64,000 nucleotides of DNA from the human T2T-CHM13v2.0 reference genome, Homo sapiens. The notes beneath the pieces are model-generated. The model did not search any database. It was given only the letters and a program-made list of their open reading frames with translations, and had not been told where the DNA came from. The DNA lies in assembly GCF_009914755.1 (NCBI RefSeq), contig NC_060934.1. The stretch is one strand, 5' to 3'. The position numbers and the translations under genes were made by a program. Every line of letters starts with the position of its first letter. The first letter of the stretch is position 1. This document shows positions 1 to 12,520 of this stretch, in pieces.

Positions 1-160
1 TTCTCAAACCTAGCTGCAATTTAGAATCACTTGGAGAGCTGGGTAACTGCCTAGGTTCCCAAGCTCTAATCCCTGATTTAATTGGTTGTGATAGAGGAGC
101 TGGCATTTTTTAAAAAAGCTCTCCAGGTAATTCTTATGTGGAATCAGGGTTGAGAAATTC
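1..160. mobile_element. MER5-family (hAT-Charlie) DNA transposon fossil
   Basis: ttctcaaac...ttagaatcacttggagagct...ctccaggtaattct...cagggttgagaa matches the recalled MER5A/B layout; the ends are inverted (ttctcaa / ttgagaa). Confidence 0.75.
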
Positions 161-234
161 TAGCTAAACATTGTTATATATTTGCTATTTGCCTCAACTA
201 TTAGAATAACCATAGATTGCAAATAAATAAAGGC

Positions 235-692
235 CAAAAATTCCTTCCAAACCTGTATACCTGCCATTTATAATGTATCTTTGATGCGTCTCCCATCAAG
301 AGATGGAGTACCCTTTACATCTGCGCTGGCCTTGTGTCTTGATTTTACCAGTAGAATGCTGAAACACAATACTGTAGAACGTCTGAGGGAGCCTACTGGA
401 AAGAGAAGGGCTATGTGGAGTGGGGATAAGCTGTCTCTGCTGAGGCCCTTCGAACAACCAGCTGAGAGCTAGCACCACCTGCCAGCTGGGAGTCAGGCCT
501 TCTTAGACCACCAGCCCCAGATAAGGCGCCACATAACTGCAGGTGCATGAATGCACCCAGGTGAAACCAATAAAAGACCAGCTCAGCTAATCCCAGCCCC
601 AATTGCTGACCCACAGAATTGAAAGTAAATGGTTATAGCTTTAAGCCATTAGGTTTTGGTGCCACTTGCTATGTAGGAATAAACTGATATAG
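235..692 (+). mobile_element. MaLR LTR, MLT1 family (MLT1H-like)
   Basis: ctcccatcaagagatggagt near the 5' end; aattgctgacccacagaat...tttaagccattaggttttgg...ttgctatgtaggaataaactgata is a typical MLT1 3' end. Confidence 0.75.
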
Positions 693-840
693 AATGTAGG
701 TCTCATGAGGACAGAGACTCTGTGTGGTTTCGGGTTTGTTGTTTATTTGTTGTTGCTATTCTATCCCCATTCTGTAGGTCAGTGCCTACCAGAGCACATG
801 GTAGGTTCTCAACCACTATTTTCTAAATAATTCAATTAAA
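693..840 (+). mobile_element. L2 3' fragment
   Basis: tagaatgtaggtctcatgaggacagagactctgtgtg...cagtgcct...tggtaggttctcaa resembles the L2 3' terminus. Confidence 0.6.
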
Positions 841-1459
841 TATCTGATAAGCCTTTGCAAATAGCTGTTTTGCACTTGCTAAGAGTCTGGTTGGCATCAT
901 GGGAGACTTCTCTAAGTACTTAGAGTCAGCTAATTAGAAAGAATATGACTCCTTTTCTCTTACCCAAGAAATCTCTGAAACTGCTGCAGTGAAGCTTTCC
1001 TTTCTCAGTGGGTCATTTCATAAAAGGGTTGTTTAGCATAAATCTTTGCTGATTCAGGAAACCTTTTTTTCTAACTCTTCAGTTTAAACACTCCTTAGTT
1101 CAGAGATACTTCAGAAATTGACTACTTCCTTCAGTTCTCCCCTGAGAAGAGCACCAAGCTAGCCAGGGATGAGAGGACACCATTCTGAGCAGGTGGGTGG
1201 GATGGGAGTGGAGCTGAGGGCAGTGGAGTATAAGGCATTTGCAAACAACAACAACAACAAAACTGGCAAACTGGTGACAGTGGTTTCATTTCAGTTTCTG
1301 TTATAAGAAGACTATATTTTGGTAATAAGCTCTACTCAAGCAAAAGGGCTGTCATTATAAGTCCCAGTTCAAAGAGAAACTGAGAGAGGGCTAATGGGGT
1401 GCAATGGGGTGGCCTAACCAAGAACTGTGTGCTGAGCTGGAGAGCTTTTTGAGTCCAGC

Positions 1460-1900
1460 TGTCTACAGCTGGGTTCTCCCTTAAGCAGACTCTGAAACTA
1501 AGATTTGGGTGATCCCAGGAAACACAAGTAGGGAAATGTGGAGGTGACATAAGAAAGGGAAAGAGAACAACAAAAGATGTGTTGATGAGCAGGTTACTGT
1601 GTGGGCAACTGGAGCTCAGTCCTGTCGGGGAGTCAGGCAGACAATGGAGAACACACTTCTGAGTTGTCCTGCTCCAGGAGGTAAGGAGGCTGGCATAGAC
1701 ATCCACCTATTTTGGGCTTGCTCTATGTAGGAGCCTTGCCTACTCCTGCAGTCAGAGCAAGCACTTAGAACAGGAAGGAACAACAGTGAGTACATAAACC
1801 ATGAGGGGAGAAGTGACAGTGTCTGCTATAATGGCCAGTAGTTTGCAAAAGAGCCCATCCCAAGCCATGCAGCTCCTGAAGGGAACCGGGTAGCTGGTGG
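1460..1900 (-). mobile_element. ERVL LTR (LTR16-like)
   Basis: gggttctcccttaagcagactctgaaactaagatttg...gatcccaggaaaca...gttactgtgtgggcaactggagctcagtcc matches recalled LTR16-family motifs; right boundary uncertain. Confidence 0.65.
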
Positions 1901-2089
1901 GTGGGATCTGCCAGGCCCTGGAAGCCTGTCTAGGCATTTGCCCCAGACTTCCCCACAATGGCCACTCTCCCTCTCAAGATACCGCTCCTTCCTAAGGGTG
2001 CTTGTCTCCAGATCTTAGAGCTTTCTTAGGGTGGCTTCCCCTGAGTGGATGGCAGAAGGAAGTAATGGCAATGTCATATTTGATATGAC

Positions 2090-2280
2090 AGCCAATGCTT
2101 ATTGAATGCCACTTATGTGCTGGACAAGGATTATATCATTTCATTCTCAACAATGCTGTGAGAGATATTGTCATGAAACATCTTTTGTATCTGATAGAAC
2201 AGGCACAGGGGGGTGAAATAATTTTCCCAAATCACACAGTTAGATGTAAGAGTTGAAATCCTAGCTCTGTCCTTCGATAC
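2090..2280 (-). mobile_element. MIR SINE
   Basis: ttattgaatgccacttatgtgctgg...tcatttcattctcaacaa...aggcacagggggg...ttcccaaatcacacagttag is a reverse MIR core. Confidence 0.6.
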
Positions 2281-2415
2281 CTCCACACCCTTGACCATTA
2301 CCCTTGACCACTACTCCCTATAATAGGGAAAATTATAAAGGATTTATGGGCAGATACAAATTGTATCCTGGGATGGTCTCTGAATCGCTAGATGACTTTG
2401 GATAAGTCATTCAAC

Positions 2416-2708
2416 TTTTTTTGTTTGTTTGTTTTGAGACAGGGTCTTGCTGTGTCACCCAGGATGGTATGCAGTGGCATGATCTTGGCTCACTGCAACC
2501 TCTGCCTCCCAGGCTCAGCTGATCCTTCCACCTCAGCCTCCCAAGTAGCTGGCACTATAGGCATGCACTACCATGCCCAGTTAATTTTTGTAGAGATGGG
2601 GTTTTGCCACGTTGGCCAGGCTGGTCTCGAACTCCTGGGCTCAAGTGATCTGTCCACCTTGGCCTCCCAAAGTGCTGGGATTACAGGCGTCAGCCACTGT
2701 GCCCGGCC
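2416..2708 (-). mobile_element. AluJ (full length), inserted into a MIR
   Basis: Poly-T, then gagacagggtcttgct...ctcctgggctcaagtgatc...gcccggcc. TSD tcattcaacttt at 2407-2418 and 2713-2724. The flanks continue as MIR (tttctcatctgtaaaatgg). Confidence 0.95.
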
Positions 2709-3419
2709 TCAATCATTCAACTTTGAAGCTTATTTAACTTTGAGACTTATTTTTCTCATCTGTAAAATGGACCTAAGGACCTATCCTAATGGGGTATGTG
2801 TGAGGAGGAAATGGAATTGTGTGTTTTGGTGGCTGGCACTTAGGAGGGCTCCACAAAAGTGTGCTCTTTGCATCCGCCTATGAACTCTGCCTTCCTTCCA
2901 GGTGACATCTTTCTCATTCTTTTCTGTGGTGCTCAGAGGACACCCCCAGGCTTGCCTTTGTCTTGTGCTGCTTTTGGGGGAGTTTTGATCCAAGAATTTC
3001 TTTAGATCATACATCCTAGCTGGGTGGTGAGCTCCCTGAGGCAGGGAACTAAATTTGGCCTTTTATTATCATTGTCCTTGTATTCTCTAGAATATGGGTT
3101 TAGTGCTGGCACCCAGTTAATGCTTGATAATGATTATCGATGTTTGTTCTTGTTAATAAGAAAAATAAGAAATATTTTGAAAACAGAAAAATGTACAGAC
3201 AACCTGATTCCAGTATCTCTGGAGGGCATTTTCCATCCGTGCTGAGTGTCTTTCTGGTCCTCAACCTAAGTATTTGAGGCTTCTGATAAATGGTAAGGAT
3301 CTCTGTCACCAAGTTGGACTCTTGTTGTACATTCTAGCAGCTTTCACATCTGTCTAGCATGTACGAGTGTTGCCAATTCTTGCGGGGCCAGCATCTTCAA
3401 CATTTGGGTCACTGCAATG

Positions 3420-3610
3420 ATAGTAGCAACATTTATTAGGCACTCTCCGTGGTACACACTTTATAGATACTGCCTTGCTGAATGTATACCTGAAACATAA
3501 CATGTAGACAGTATCATTACATTTGAAGAAACTCAGTCACAGAGAGGATAAATAATTTGCCCAAAGCCACATGGCTTGAAGAGGGTAGAGCTTGGATTTG
3601 AAATATATCT
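3420..3610 (-). mobile_element. MIR SINE
   Basis: aacatttattaggcact...gaagaaactcagtcacagagagg...aatttgcccaaagccacatggct...ggatttgaa. Confidence 0.7.
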
Positions 3611-3834
3611 CTCTCATAGTTTCTTCATGGACTCTGTTGATATTGGACTCTGTAACTCTTATCCATTCTTCTATAACTCCTCTCTGGTGGGCAATACATT
3701 CAATCTTATAGTTAAAATGAGATTTGCAGAGCTGGTAGATATATAATCTTAGGACAACTTTCAAGATTTTAGCTCAGAACCACTGAGTCAGCCATTAACT
3801 GACATTATGGTAAATAGTTACTCATTTATTTGCT

Positions 3835-3962
3835 CATTATCTTTCTCTATTTACTGGAATGTAAGCTCCAAAAAATTTCTTTTGTTCCCTGCTATATCTC
3901 TCTGTATATAACAGTGCCTACGATGTAGTAGGTGCTCAATAAATATTTGTTAAATGAATGCA
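3835..3962 (+). mobile_element. L2 3' end
   Basis: ctggaatgtaagctcca...aacagtgcctacgatgtagtaggtgctcaataaatatttgttaaatgaatg is the canonical L2 tail. Confidence 0.85.
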
Positions 3963-4499
3963 TCCATTATATGCTAATTTAATAGTTTCATTATGAGAGC
4001 AGCCATCTCATTTCTAAGCTATTTGGAGGCACTTCACTCCTTTCTGCCGCCTCTCCACAAACACACATCACCACTACATTTTATCCTCATGAGACTTATA
4101 CTTAACTGGTCAGAGGACACATATGAAACCATAAAGCACTTTAGGTAACCCACATAAAAGCAGGGTCCTTATATGTTCTGGACTCTATGGAGTTAGGATC
4201 TGAGAACCCAGTCTAACACATAAACATTACAAAAGGAAGCTCAATTTTTACATATGTATCTTTAAGAACATAAAAGTTGATAAAATTCATAACCTATAAG
4301 CCATGTTTCTGATAAGCACCTTTCCTCTCCTCCTTCTTTTCCACCTGCTATTACTCTGGTATCGCTAAAAGTCTTTCTCGATGTCCAACCTATTTGACAT
4401 TTCTCTCCTCTTCCTCCTTCATAACCCCCAGGCCTATGTTAGGTGGACTGCCTGAGCCTAGTTGCCTAAGTCTACTGATCTTCCCTCCAGTTTTTCTAG

Positions 4500-4700
4500 T
4501 ATGCTATCACTTGCTAGCTGTGTAACCTTGAGTGTGTTACATAGATGGTGCCTCACCTTTCTTGTATATAAGGAGGGCATTTACTCCTATGGGGAAGGGC
4601 CTATGAAGATTAATGAGCTCATACTTATAAGATGCTTCCAACAGTGCCTGGTACACAGGAAGTGCTTAATAACCTTAACTGCTAGTGGTAGTAGTAGTGG
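4500..4700 (+). mobile_element. MIR SINE
   Basis: cacttgctagctgtgtaaccttgag...cctcacctttcttgtatataa...atgaagattaatgag...acagtgcctggtacacaggaagtgcttaataa. Confidence 0.8.
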
Positions 4701-7700
4701 TCGTAGTATTCTTAGTAATATTATCATCTGATTGTACACCACTAAGTACTGGAGAATCAACCAACTAAAATGGGAAGTCTAGAGACAGCAAAGAGAAGGG
4801 ATTAATCTGCTGCTGCACAGTGAAATGTCTCTTTTTTGTTGTGTATGTGTATGGGAGAGTTGGGTAGAGGGAAAGGTGGAAGCCTTATTACAAAATCCTG
4901 CACACATAGACACCAGGTACTACAAGAATTTAGGTACTAGAAGATTTCTCTTCTCTCTGTACTGTAGCTCCTGGTATCTATTTTCAGTTTTGTCTATTCT
5001 TTCAAAAGAGGCTTTTTGGACCACCTATCTTCAAATATTTTAAATCTTCATTGAATTCTGTCCTGAGACTCTCTGCTTACATGCCCTGACCTTCTTTTTT
5101 GATTTTCTTCCTCTGTTTTTATAGCTTTTCTGCTGATCACAGGGTTAAGTCTGTTAGACATTCTGAAGGTCTCTTCTTGGCAATATTCTCTCCAGGTGAC
5201 ACCCAAAACATCATTGTAAGCTCTACATGGCATTGGGGAAAGGTAGGATGAGGCCTAATCCAGGCTGTTTAATTTTCACCCATGGCCCACATTCTACCAG
5301 TGACAGGGCACAGGGCAAACCTCATAGAAGTAATCACTGCAACAGGGGCAGCTGCCCATATCCACTGTCCTCCACCCACACTGGTGATGCCCACCAGAGA
5401 CTGGTGTGAATTCTGTGTGCATAGGGAGACAGGACCAAGAGAGCCAATTTCATTTGAACCCAGGGTGGAGACCAGGTGAATCTCAATTTTGAAAGGACTT
5501 TAAGGCAGTTTTTCTGGGCTCTGATTCTAATTTGCTAATTGGAAGCAATTCAGTAGGATGTAGCATTTCTGGTTTAAAAGATATACTCAGAAGAGGGGCT
5601 AGGATGTTTGTGTTTTGCGCCTTGAATATCTGTTTTCTCTGTTTATAGGATTTCTTTTTCCAATCATATTTTTCTCATAACACAAATGCAGTCTGATTTA
5701 GAAAGGAGGGGTCCTTATTTTAAAAACCCAAACTCACAAATAAGATAAAATTGTGAAGTTTTGATTTGCTTCTATATTTTATTCTAAATTTTAAAAAGGA
5801 ACTTTTAAGGTTGCAAATTCTCTTTCTGGGCACCTTACTCCTTTTTGAAGTCTTATAGGAGTTAGGGTTGTGTGGAGGAAAGAGGGAGAGAGAAACTGAA
5901 ATCTAAGGCTGTGGGTTGGAACCACAGCCAGCAGAAGCTCAAAATGAAGTTAAGGTGGAAGTGTGTCTGAATTTTAACTTAATGCAAAGGGAAAACACAG
6001 TGGATTCACAGGGAGAATTTAATACACATTCTTGTTAATCTTTCAAAGAGAGGCTGAAATTCATTCACTGATTCAAAAATAGGTATTGAATGTCAGCTAT
6101 CTGTAACGTCCCCTTGAAGGTGTTAATGACCTGGCAATACATAAAACAGGCAAAACTCTACCCCCATCAAGTTTACATTCTAGGGTATATAGAGACACAC
6201 ACATATGAAAGGATCTACAAAAAACATCTATACACTTCAAAGAAGCAGCACAAGAAAGACTACCTGGTTCCCACTTTCCAAATGAGGACACAGAACGTTT
6301 ACCTGAAAAGAACCTTCTGGTCCCTTCTCAGTCAAACCCTTCTGTACGTCCCCAGGCCCAAAGGTCATCCTGATGAGTGGAGGAATCATGCCCTTGCTCA
6401 CCTTATAGTGTCACAACCTATACACCCAACATGTGATGTTATTTCATTTAGTTTTTCATTTTTCAGTATCACATAAAGGGACAGATGACTTGCATTCTCT
6501 TGTGACTTCTGTGGCTCTATATTATGTTTTGGGGTTGATCTTCAGAGATGCCTGCATTTGGAGTTCACACATTGTCCCTACTGGGTAGGATTACATGTAT
6601 GACTATCCCACACTTTATGTGTCCATTCTATTTTTGATATATTTGGGTTGTTCCATGTAAAAAATATATCATGATCAAGCTTTGTTGATCATTCTTAAAA
6701 CTGTCTCTCTCCAGGTTCTCATATGCAAGAGTTCCTGCAGGAATAGAATTTCTGGGTCTTTTTCCATCTACTTTCTAACTTTCTAGAGGACAGAACCTCT
6801 TCTCTCAGATGCCTTTTGTTGCCTTTTACAGAGTGGATGGTAAAAGTTGGTTTAAGGGACAAACTAAAAGGAACCTGGTTAATGGTGAATTTCATGAGTT
6901 TCTGATTCAATTTTGCTTTGGCAAGAAGAAATAAAATGCAAGTTTAGTCATCCATGGATTTCAATTTCTAAATAAGAGGAAAGATTTCTGAAGAAGAGAA
7001 TATGAAAGGAACAGTTCTTCAAAATGGGTAGAATAAACCTAAGTCACTGTGGCATCACGAAAGAACATCAGGCTGCAAACTCCATGAAGGCTGGGACTAG
7101 GTGTTCTCACAGGTGGCAGCAATAATGAGAACAATGTCCATATCCAGTATGGGTTAGCAATTAAGGGGATGTGTAAGAGGCCTGCTCCCATGCCCACCGT
7201 GCAGTAAGAGATGTGTCCAGTCTTATTTCCTCCCCTGCATTTCAGCTCTTCCACTGACAAGCTCTGCTACCTTTAATGGCTTGCTTGGTCTCCCTGTAAC
7301 TCAGTTTCTTCATCTGTGAAATCCCATTCATGAAAGCAATCCAAAGAGCCAGGTGTCACAGTTTAAAGAGGAAATGAAGTTCCAGCTATTTCAGAGTGAT
7401 TGTCAGTGATGGGAAGCTGGGAGAATCAGCAAACCAGCAGAAGGAAAATGTATCTCTTGCTGACATGTCAGCATAGGCTGTGAGGACAGACAAGGGGCAG
7501 ATCAACATACAGCATCAACCATCTTATCACTTATAGGCTACTTTAAAAAGATCTTCACATTTCTTTGAGTCAAGAACAGCCAGACCAAGTGGTTGTTTCC
7601 ATCCTGGTGCCTGGATGGAGGGCCCCAGAGTCCCTTAGGCCTTGGGTACTGGGCTGAGATTTCTGGCAACAGCAGTGGTAACAGACTGCAGGTTTCAGGC

Positions 7701-8785
7701 AGCTCAGAGGCAACCTACGCTAAAACCATCAGTGTAGCCAGATAATAAGGAAGGGATTACATGGATTGATGAGGCCAAGGGAAGGATTCTGGCAGAACAA
7801 AGTGGGATCTAGAGGCCTTGCTAGGCCATGCAGAGAATTTCAAATTCATGATCCAGGTCAAATGGAGCTGCCAAGGTTTTCTGTTGCTATGGCTCCTGCC
7901 AGTAAAGAGGAATAACCCTGGCTTACTTGCTGCCTATGCCCAGTAGAGTAATCCATTCTGAGATGCAGCATCGATGAACTCCAAAGCCCCCATTGCCCTT
8001 GCAGAGAGAGGCCAGCAAATCCTTTCTTTTACCAGGGGAATTGTGTCCCTGGCATCTCATGGTAGGTGCCATTCACTGACCAGGCTATCACGAGGGCTGT
8101 GTGTTGGCTCAGAGGATTCTTGCCCACTGGAAGCTCAGAGGATGGGTCAGAAAAGCACTCTTAGCCTCAGAATATCTTGGGAGCTTCACAGATGGGGCAT
8201 CTTGGCCTTACAATTGCTCTTTAGACATTGGCTTCATTTGGAATAAGCAACAGAAAAGCTTGGCTTTCAAAGGGCAGCCAAGACATGGCAGAGAGGCTCT
8301 CCAGATGGTGGCCGAACAATCAGCAGCAATCCCAGCATGGGCTCTGGTGGCTCAATTTGCTTAGATATACCAGATGACAAGGAACTAAGAACCCCAATCT
8401 TCTGTTGCCTGAGATCTCTGGAAAGTTTGGTAGGATAGAGAAGCTGCTGCTTCAGAGCTTTTTGAGGCTGCTATGGAGAGAATGGGTCAATGCTTCTTCA
8501 GATTGTTCAATGAAGTTTACATGCTATTTACAGGAAAAAAAAAACATCTAAAAAGGTGAGAGGAAGCACTCTTGCTCTGCATCAAAGTCTCCTTGGCCTT
8601 CAGGCCTGCTATGGTATTTAGCTCTCTCACCCCCAGGCCTCCACAGGACTTGATGGTCCCAGTCTGGAACTGTTTTTCCCTAACCTCTCCTCAGCTGTGT
8701 GTCATTCTTGTGGACCTCAATACCCAAACTCCCAAACTTTTTTCCTCTGGGAAATGGTCCTCCAGCGTTGCCCTGAGGCCTCTCC

Positions 8786-8917
8786 TATAGGAGTAGGTAA
8801 TACACACTTGGGATCTTTAGCTATGTGTGCCTGACCTAGGGAAGTGAGACATATAGGAGTAGGTAATACACACTTGGGATCTTTAGCTATGTGTGCCTGA
8901 CCTAGGGAAGTGAGACA
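8786..8917 (+). repeat. Perfect 66-bp tandem duplication (2 copies)
   Basis: tataggagtaggtaatacacacttgggatctttagctatgtgtgcctgacctagggaagtgagaca occurs at 8786-8851 and again, identically, at 8852-8917. Confidence 0.97.
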
Positions 8918-8959
8918 ACAGCAGGGAGAAAGTGGGCCGTGATCCTGAGGATTAGAGAG

Positions 8960-9190
8960 TGGTGAGAATTCTCATTCTGCCACTTACTAACCATGCATTT
9001 TGGGCAAGTCACTGAACGATAAACAAGAAAAAGACTCAAGTGCTTCATTGATTATTGTGAGGATTTAAATATATTTTTTGGGGAGAAAATGGAAGGGAAG
9101 AGATGGGGAGAGAGAACAAGCTAAGCACAGTGCCTAAATGCCTACTGAGTAGTAAGTGCTTGATAAGAAGGAGCTGTTATTATTATGACA
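8960..9190 (+). mobile_element. MIR SINE (degenerate)
   Basis: tctgccacttactaaccatgcattttgggcaagtcactgaac...ttgtgaggatttaaat...gcacagtgcct...agtaagtgcttgataa. Confidence 0.65.
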
Positions 9191-9689
9191 GGAAAATGCT
9201 CATGTGCACAAACACTTTTTTGTTGTTGTTACAAAATTTTAAATGATTTCAATAGAATGCTAGGTTAAAAGATCTGATCACAGATCATCAGATCCAGTCA
9301 CGTTATGTTTTAAATTAGGAAAGTGAAACTAAGCCCCAGGAGAAGTGACCTCCCTGTGGTCACCTAGTCACCTAGGGGCAGAGCCACTGCTGAGAACTAG
9401 AGCTCCTGACCCCAACGCCCTGTCTCCCTGGCTGTTTGCCTCAGAAGGAGTCAAACAGACCTCATGGTATCACCTACCGTCTGGTAAATGAGAGTGGCTG
9501 GCAAGAGATCTCCTTACATTGAAGGGAACAGAAAATTGCTCAATTCATTTCCTTGTAGACAGTGGTGAAAATCTCATTCAGGAGAAAAATGGGAGTGTGT
9601 GGATGATCAATCGATGTCATCCCAATGTACCTAACAACCCTCAACAGACAGCCTTGGGGTAATGAGCTATCAGCTCTGTTGAGCTCTGG

Positions 9690-10180
9690 TTGTGCTGGAC
9701 ATCTTCTGTTTGTTGCTCCAGAACTGCTCTCAACCTTCTCCACCCTGCTCCCTGTCCTTGGAGGCTGACCAATGTGGACCATGCCAACAGGCTTCCTGGT
9801 CCCTGGGATCTGGTTTGGTTCAATCAAACAGGAGCCCTGGCAGGACATCAAAGAGAGGAAGGGAAATGAGAATGGAGAATTACATTCCTTTTCCCTCCCT
9901 GCGAGGTTACCTGTGGCTGGCCATGTCCCTCAACACAAGGTCATTGCCCCTCACATGAGAATCTGGGTGTTCTTGATGACTCTCTTCTTCAGGATTCCCA
10001 CAACTCTTCCTCCCCTTGTCCTTTTGGGCTTAGGGGTGATGATGTCTCTGCTCTTATTAACCCTGGGATATTATCATCCCTTGCGGCTTCCCTATATGCT
10101 ATCCACACCTTGTAAATAAACTATCCATGAATTATCCTGAGTATACTATCTGCTTACTTTTGGAATTCTGATTTATATAC
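9690..10180 (+). mobile_element. ERVL LTR (LTR33-like)
   Basis: ccttctccaccctgctccctgtccttggaggctgacc...ggagccctggcagga...ccttgtaaata...tatctgcttac matches the recalled LTR33 pattern. Confidence 0.7.
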
Positions 10181-10879
10181 CAGTCATCAACTTATCTTAA
10201 ACCAAGATCCAGCTATAGGCCCCCAGGAGATGACCTGTGTTGGCTAGGGAAAGAGTTCCATATCAAATAATCCTGTCTTTCTGAATATGCCCGCTTTCTT
10301 GCTATATCTCCCTTATTTAGCCCTTCTTAAGGACTTTGCTGATGGTGGCAATGGAGTCTGACTCTTCCATGTTGTGAGAGAAATTCATGTGTTATAAATG
10401 GCAGGTAAAGGTGAAAAGAGAGGGGCCTACCTCAGTCTCTATTTATCTCGTGAACTTTATGGGGCCTCTTTTGGTTTTCTGACCTAAGCTGAGCTTCAGA
10501 AAAGCAACCTGAAAAGCCATTGATTGTAGTAGTTTTATAACTAATTCTAACCCTAAATCCATTTTCAATAGTTACGAAAACTGACTTCTTGAGATATGGA
10601 GATAGGATTAGTTGAAATATAAACCCTTATTAGAGTTTATGGTAAGTCTAGGAGCCAATCTCATGTTTACAATCCTTGAAATTTTCTTACTCTACATTTT
10701 CCTGTTTTGTCTTACAATAAAAATTAGATAGTAAGCTCTCTGGGGACAGAAAATATATTTTTGTAAAATTAATTTTTTTAAATTTACAGTCACTAAAGTC
10801 AGGCACTAAACTGGACATGGAAGATGCAATGGTTACTAAGAAAGATGTGATCACTGTAATCAAAGAACATATGGTGTAG

Positions 10880-11067
10880 CCCTGGGTAAATTATGGCTGC
10901 AAGCCAACTGCCTGTTTTGTCAATAAAGTTTAATTGGAACACAGACATGACCATTTGTTTATATAATTTGCTTTCTGGCTACAAGGCCAAGTTGAGTAGT
11001 TGCAACAGAGATTTACTATCTGTAATATTTACTACCTAACCCTTCACAGCAAGTTTGCTGACTCCTG
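10880..11067 (+). mobile_element. MER58A (hAT-Charlie)
   Basis: ctgcctgttttgtcaataaagtttaattggaacacag...gttgagtagttgcaacagaga...aagtttgctgactcctg. Confidence 0.9.
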
Positions 11068-11774
11068 GTCTAGGCATATGCCTTCCCATTACCTGGCACA
11101 GCACTAGGGACAATTTTTTTTTTTCTACAAACAGATTATATTTTCTACAGTTTTACAGTTAGATCAACAGATTATTTGCAGCTGAAAAGTATCATCACTC
11201 TCCTGTTAGTAGGAGACAATCGTTAGTGGATTATTTTTAATCTTTACATCTTAAATAATTTGCTGAAATTTCTGGATGCTGTTGACATAAAAACAATTTT
11301 TTTCTTGTTTTTTTGGTGGATCAGTGTGAATTCAATACACCTGTGCAACTGTGCAGAAGTTTCAAAGGGGGAAATATTCTGATGCAGAGGGTAGAAGGAA
11401 AGGATTGAATAGAACCTTGATTGCTCCCATTCCAGGATGTGTCATCTGGTTTTCTGCTGCTCTTAGCCTTCTCTAAATGCACTTCTGCTGTGAATTTCTT
11501 TCTAACTTTTTGCTCATAAATGTGTGAAGAAAATCAATAGGCTCAGAAATCTGTTTTAACCATTTCCCTCTTGGTATTTAACAGCAAGTGGGTAGGGCAA
11601 CATTGTAAATATTCTAGGGAAGAGAAAAAAGTTGACAATTGCTACTTTGGTTTACTCAGTGTCTAAAGCTGGCTTATATGTACTCTTTTGGGCCACAAAT
11701 GCAAAATATTGTGAATAGAAATCACTCCAATCAAGGGTAGCCTTATAATCTTTGGTTATCTCAGTTTATTTGCG

Positions 11775-12520
11775 TGATCCATTCAATGTGGAAGAAATTC
11801 ACAAAGGCCCTATGTTCTAGGCACTGTGATCATCCTAAGAACATGTAGCAATGATGTAGCCCACAATACCTTATTCAGAGGATTTACAATCTATCTAGTA
11901 GAGAAGGGTAAAAAAAGGGCTACATATATATAAAACAGCAGTGTGATTTAATTGCCATACATAGTTTAAGAGGACTGAAAGGTCCAGAGGAAGACAGAAT
12001 TAATGAGAGATGGAAATAATGCAGGAAATGTTTTGGTATTGGACTAAGGCCTTGGAATAAGAAGAGAGGAGGATATTCCAGGAGATGTTAACAGTATAAG
12101 CAAAGGTAAGGACTTAGGTTGTGCAATTACATGTGGGTGGATTATGGAAAACCCACTGCTTGGTAAAGAGGTAGGAAAAGTCATCCAGGATCTTAAACAT
12201 TCGTGTAAAAAGTCTGGACTTAAGTTTGTAGGCAATAGGGAATCATTATATTTCTGAGGACAGGATTGGCATGCTTGAAGCTTCTCTGTAAGACTGTGAT
12301 GGTAGCTATCACAATGATATAATTGATTGGGGGATGAGAAATTGGAGGTGTGGAGGCCACTTAGATGGGGATACTCCAGGTGAGGCTAAATACTTACAAT
12401 ACTCCAGGTGGAGGTAAACGTGGTTATAGGCATGGACTTCCTATGGAGATACATGAGGCAGGCTTGGCACTTGTCAGAATATGAGTGAAAAGGAGATGAT
12501 GGAGATGATGGTGACTTAGT
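11775..12520 (-). mobile_element. L2 remnant
   Basis: ccattcaa...ctatgttctaggcactgtg at the start, then a purine-rich body with tggacttaagtttgtaggcaatagggaatcatt. Confidence 0.65.

Noticed and set aside
2392-2883. 163-aa ORF, and similar ORFs at 17874, 20867, 27116, 29649, 33789, 34968, 58264 and 59255
   Set aside because: Alu read-through peptides ([29 protein letters not shown]), not genes.
8786-8917. Direct repeats as a possible CRISPR-like array
   Set aside because: Only two abutting copies with no spacers, in primate DNA; a simple tandem duplication.
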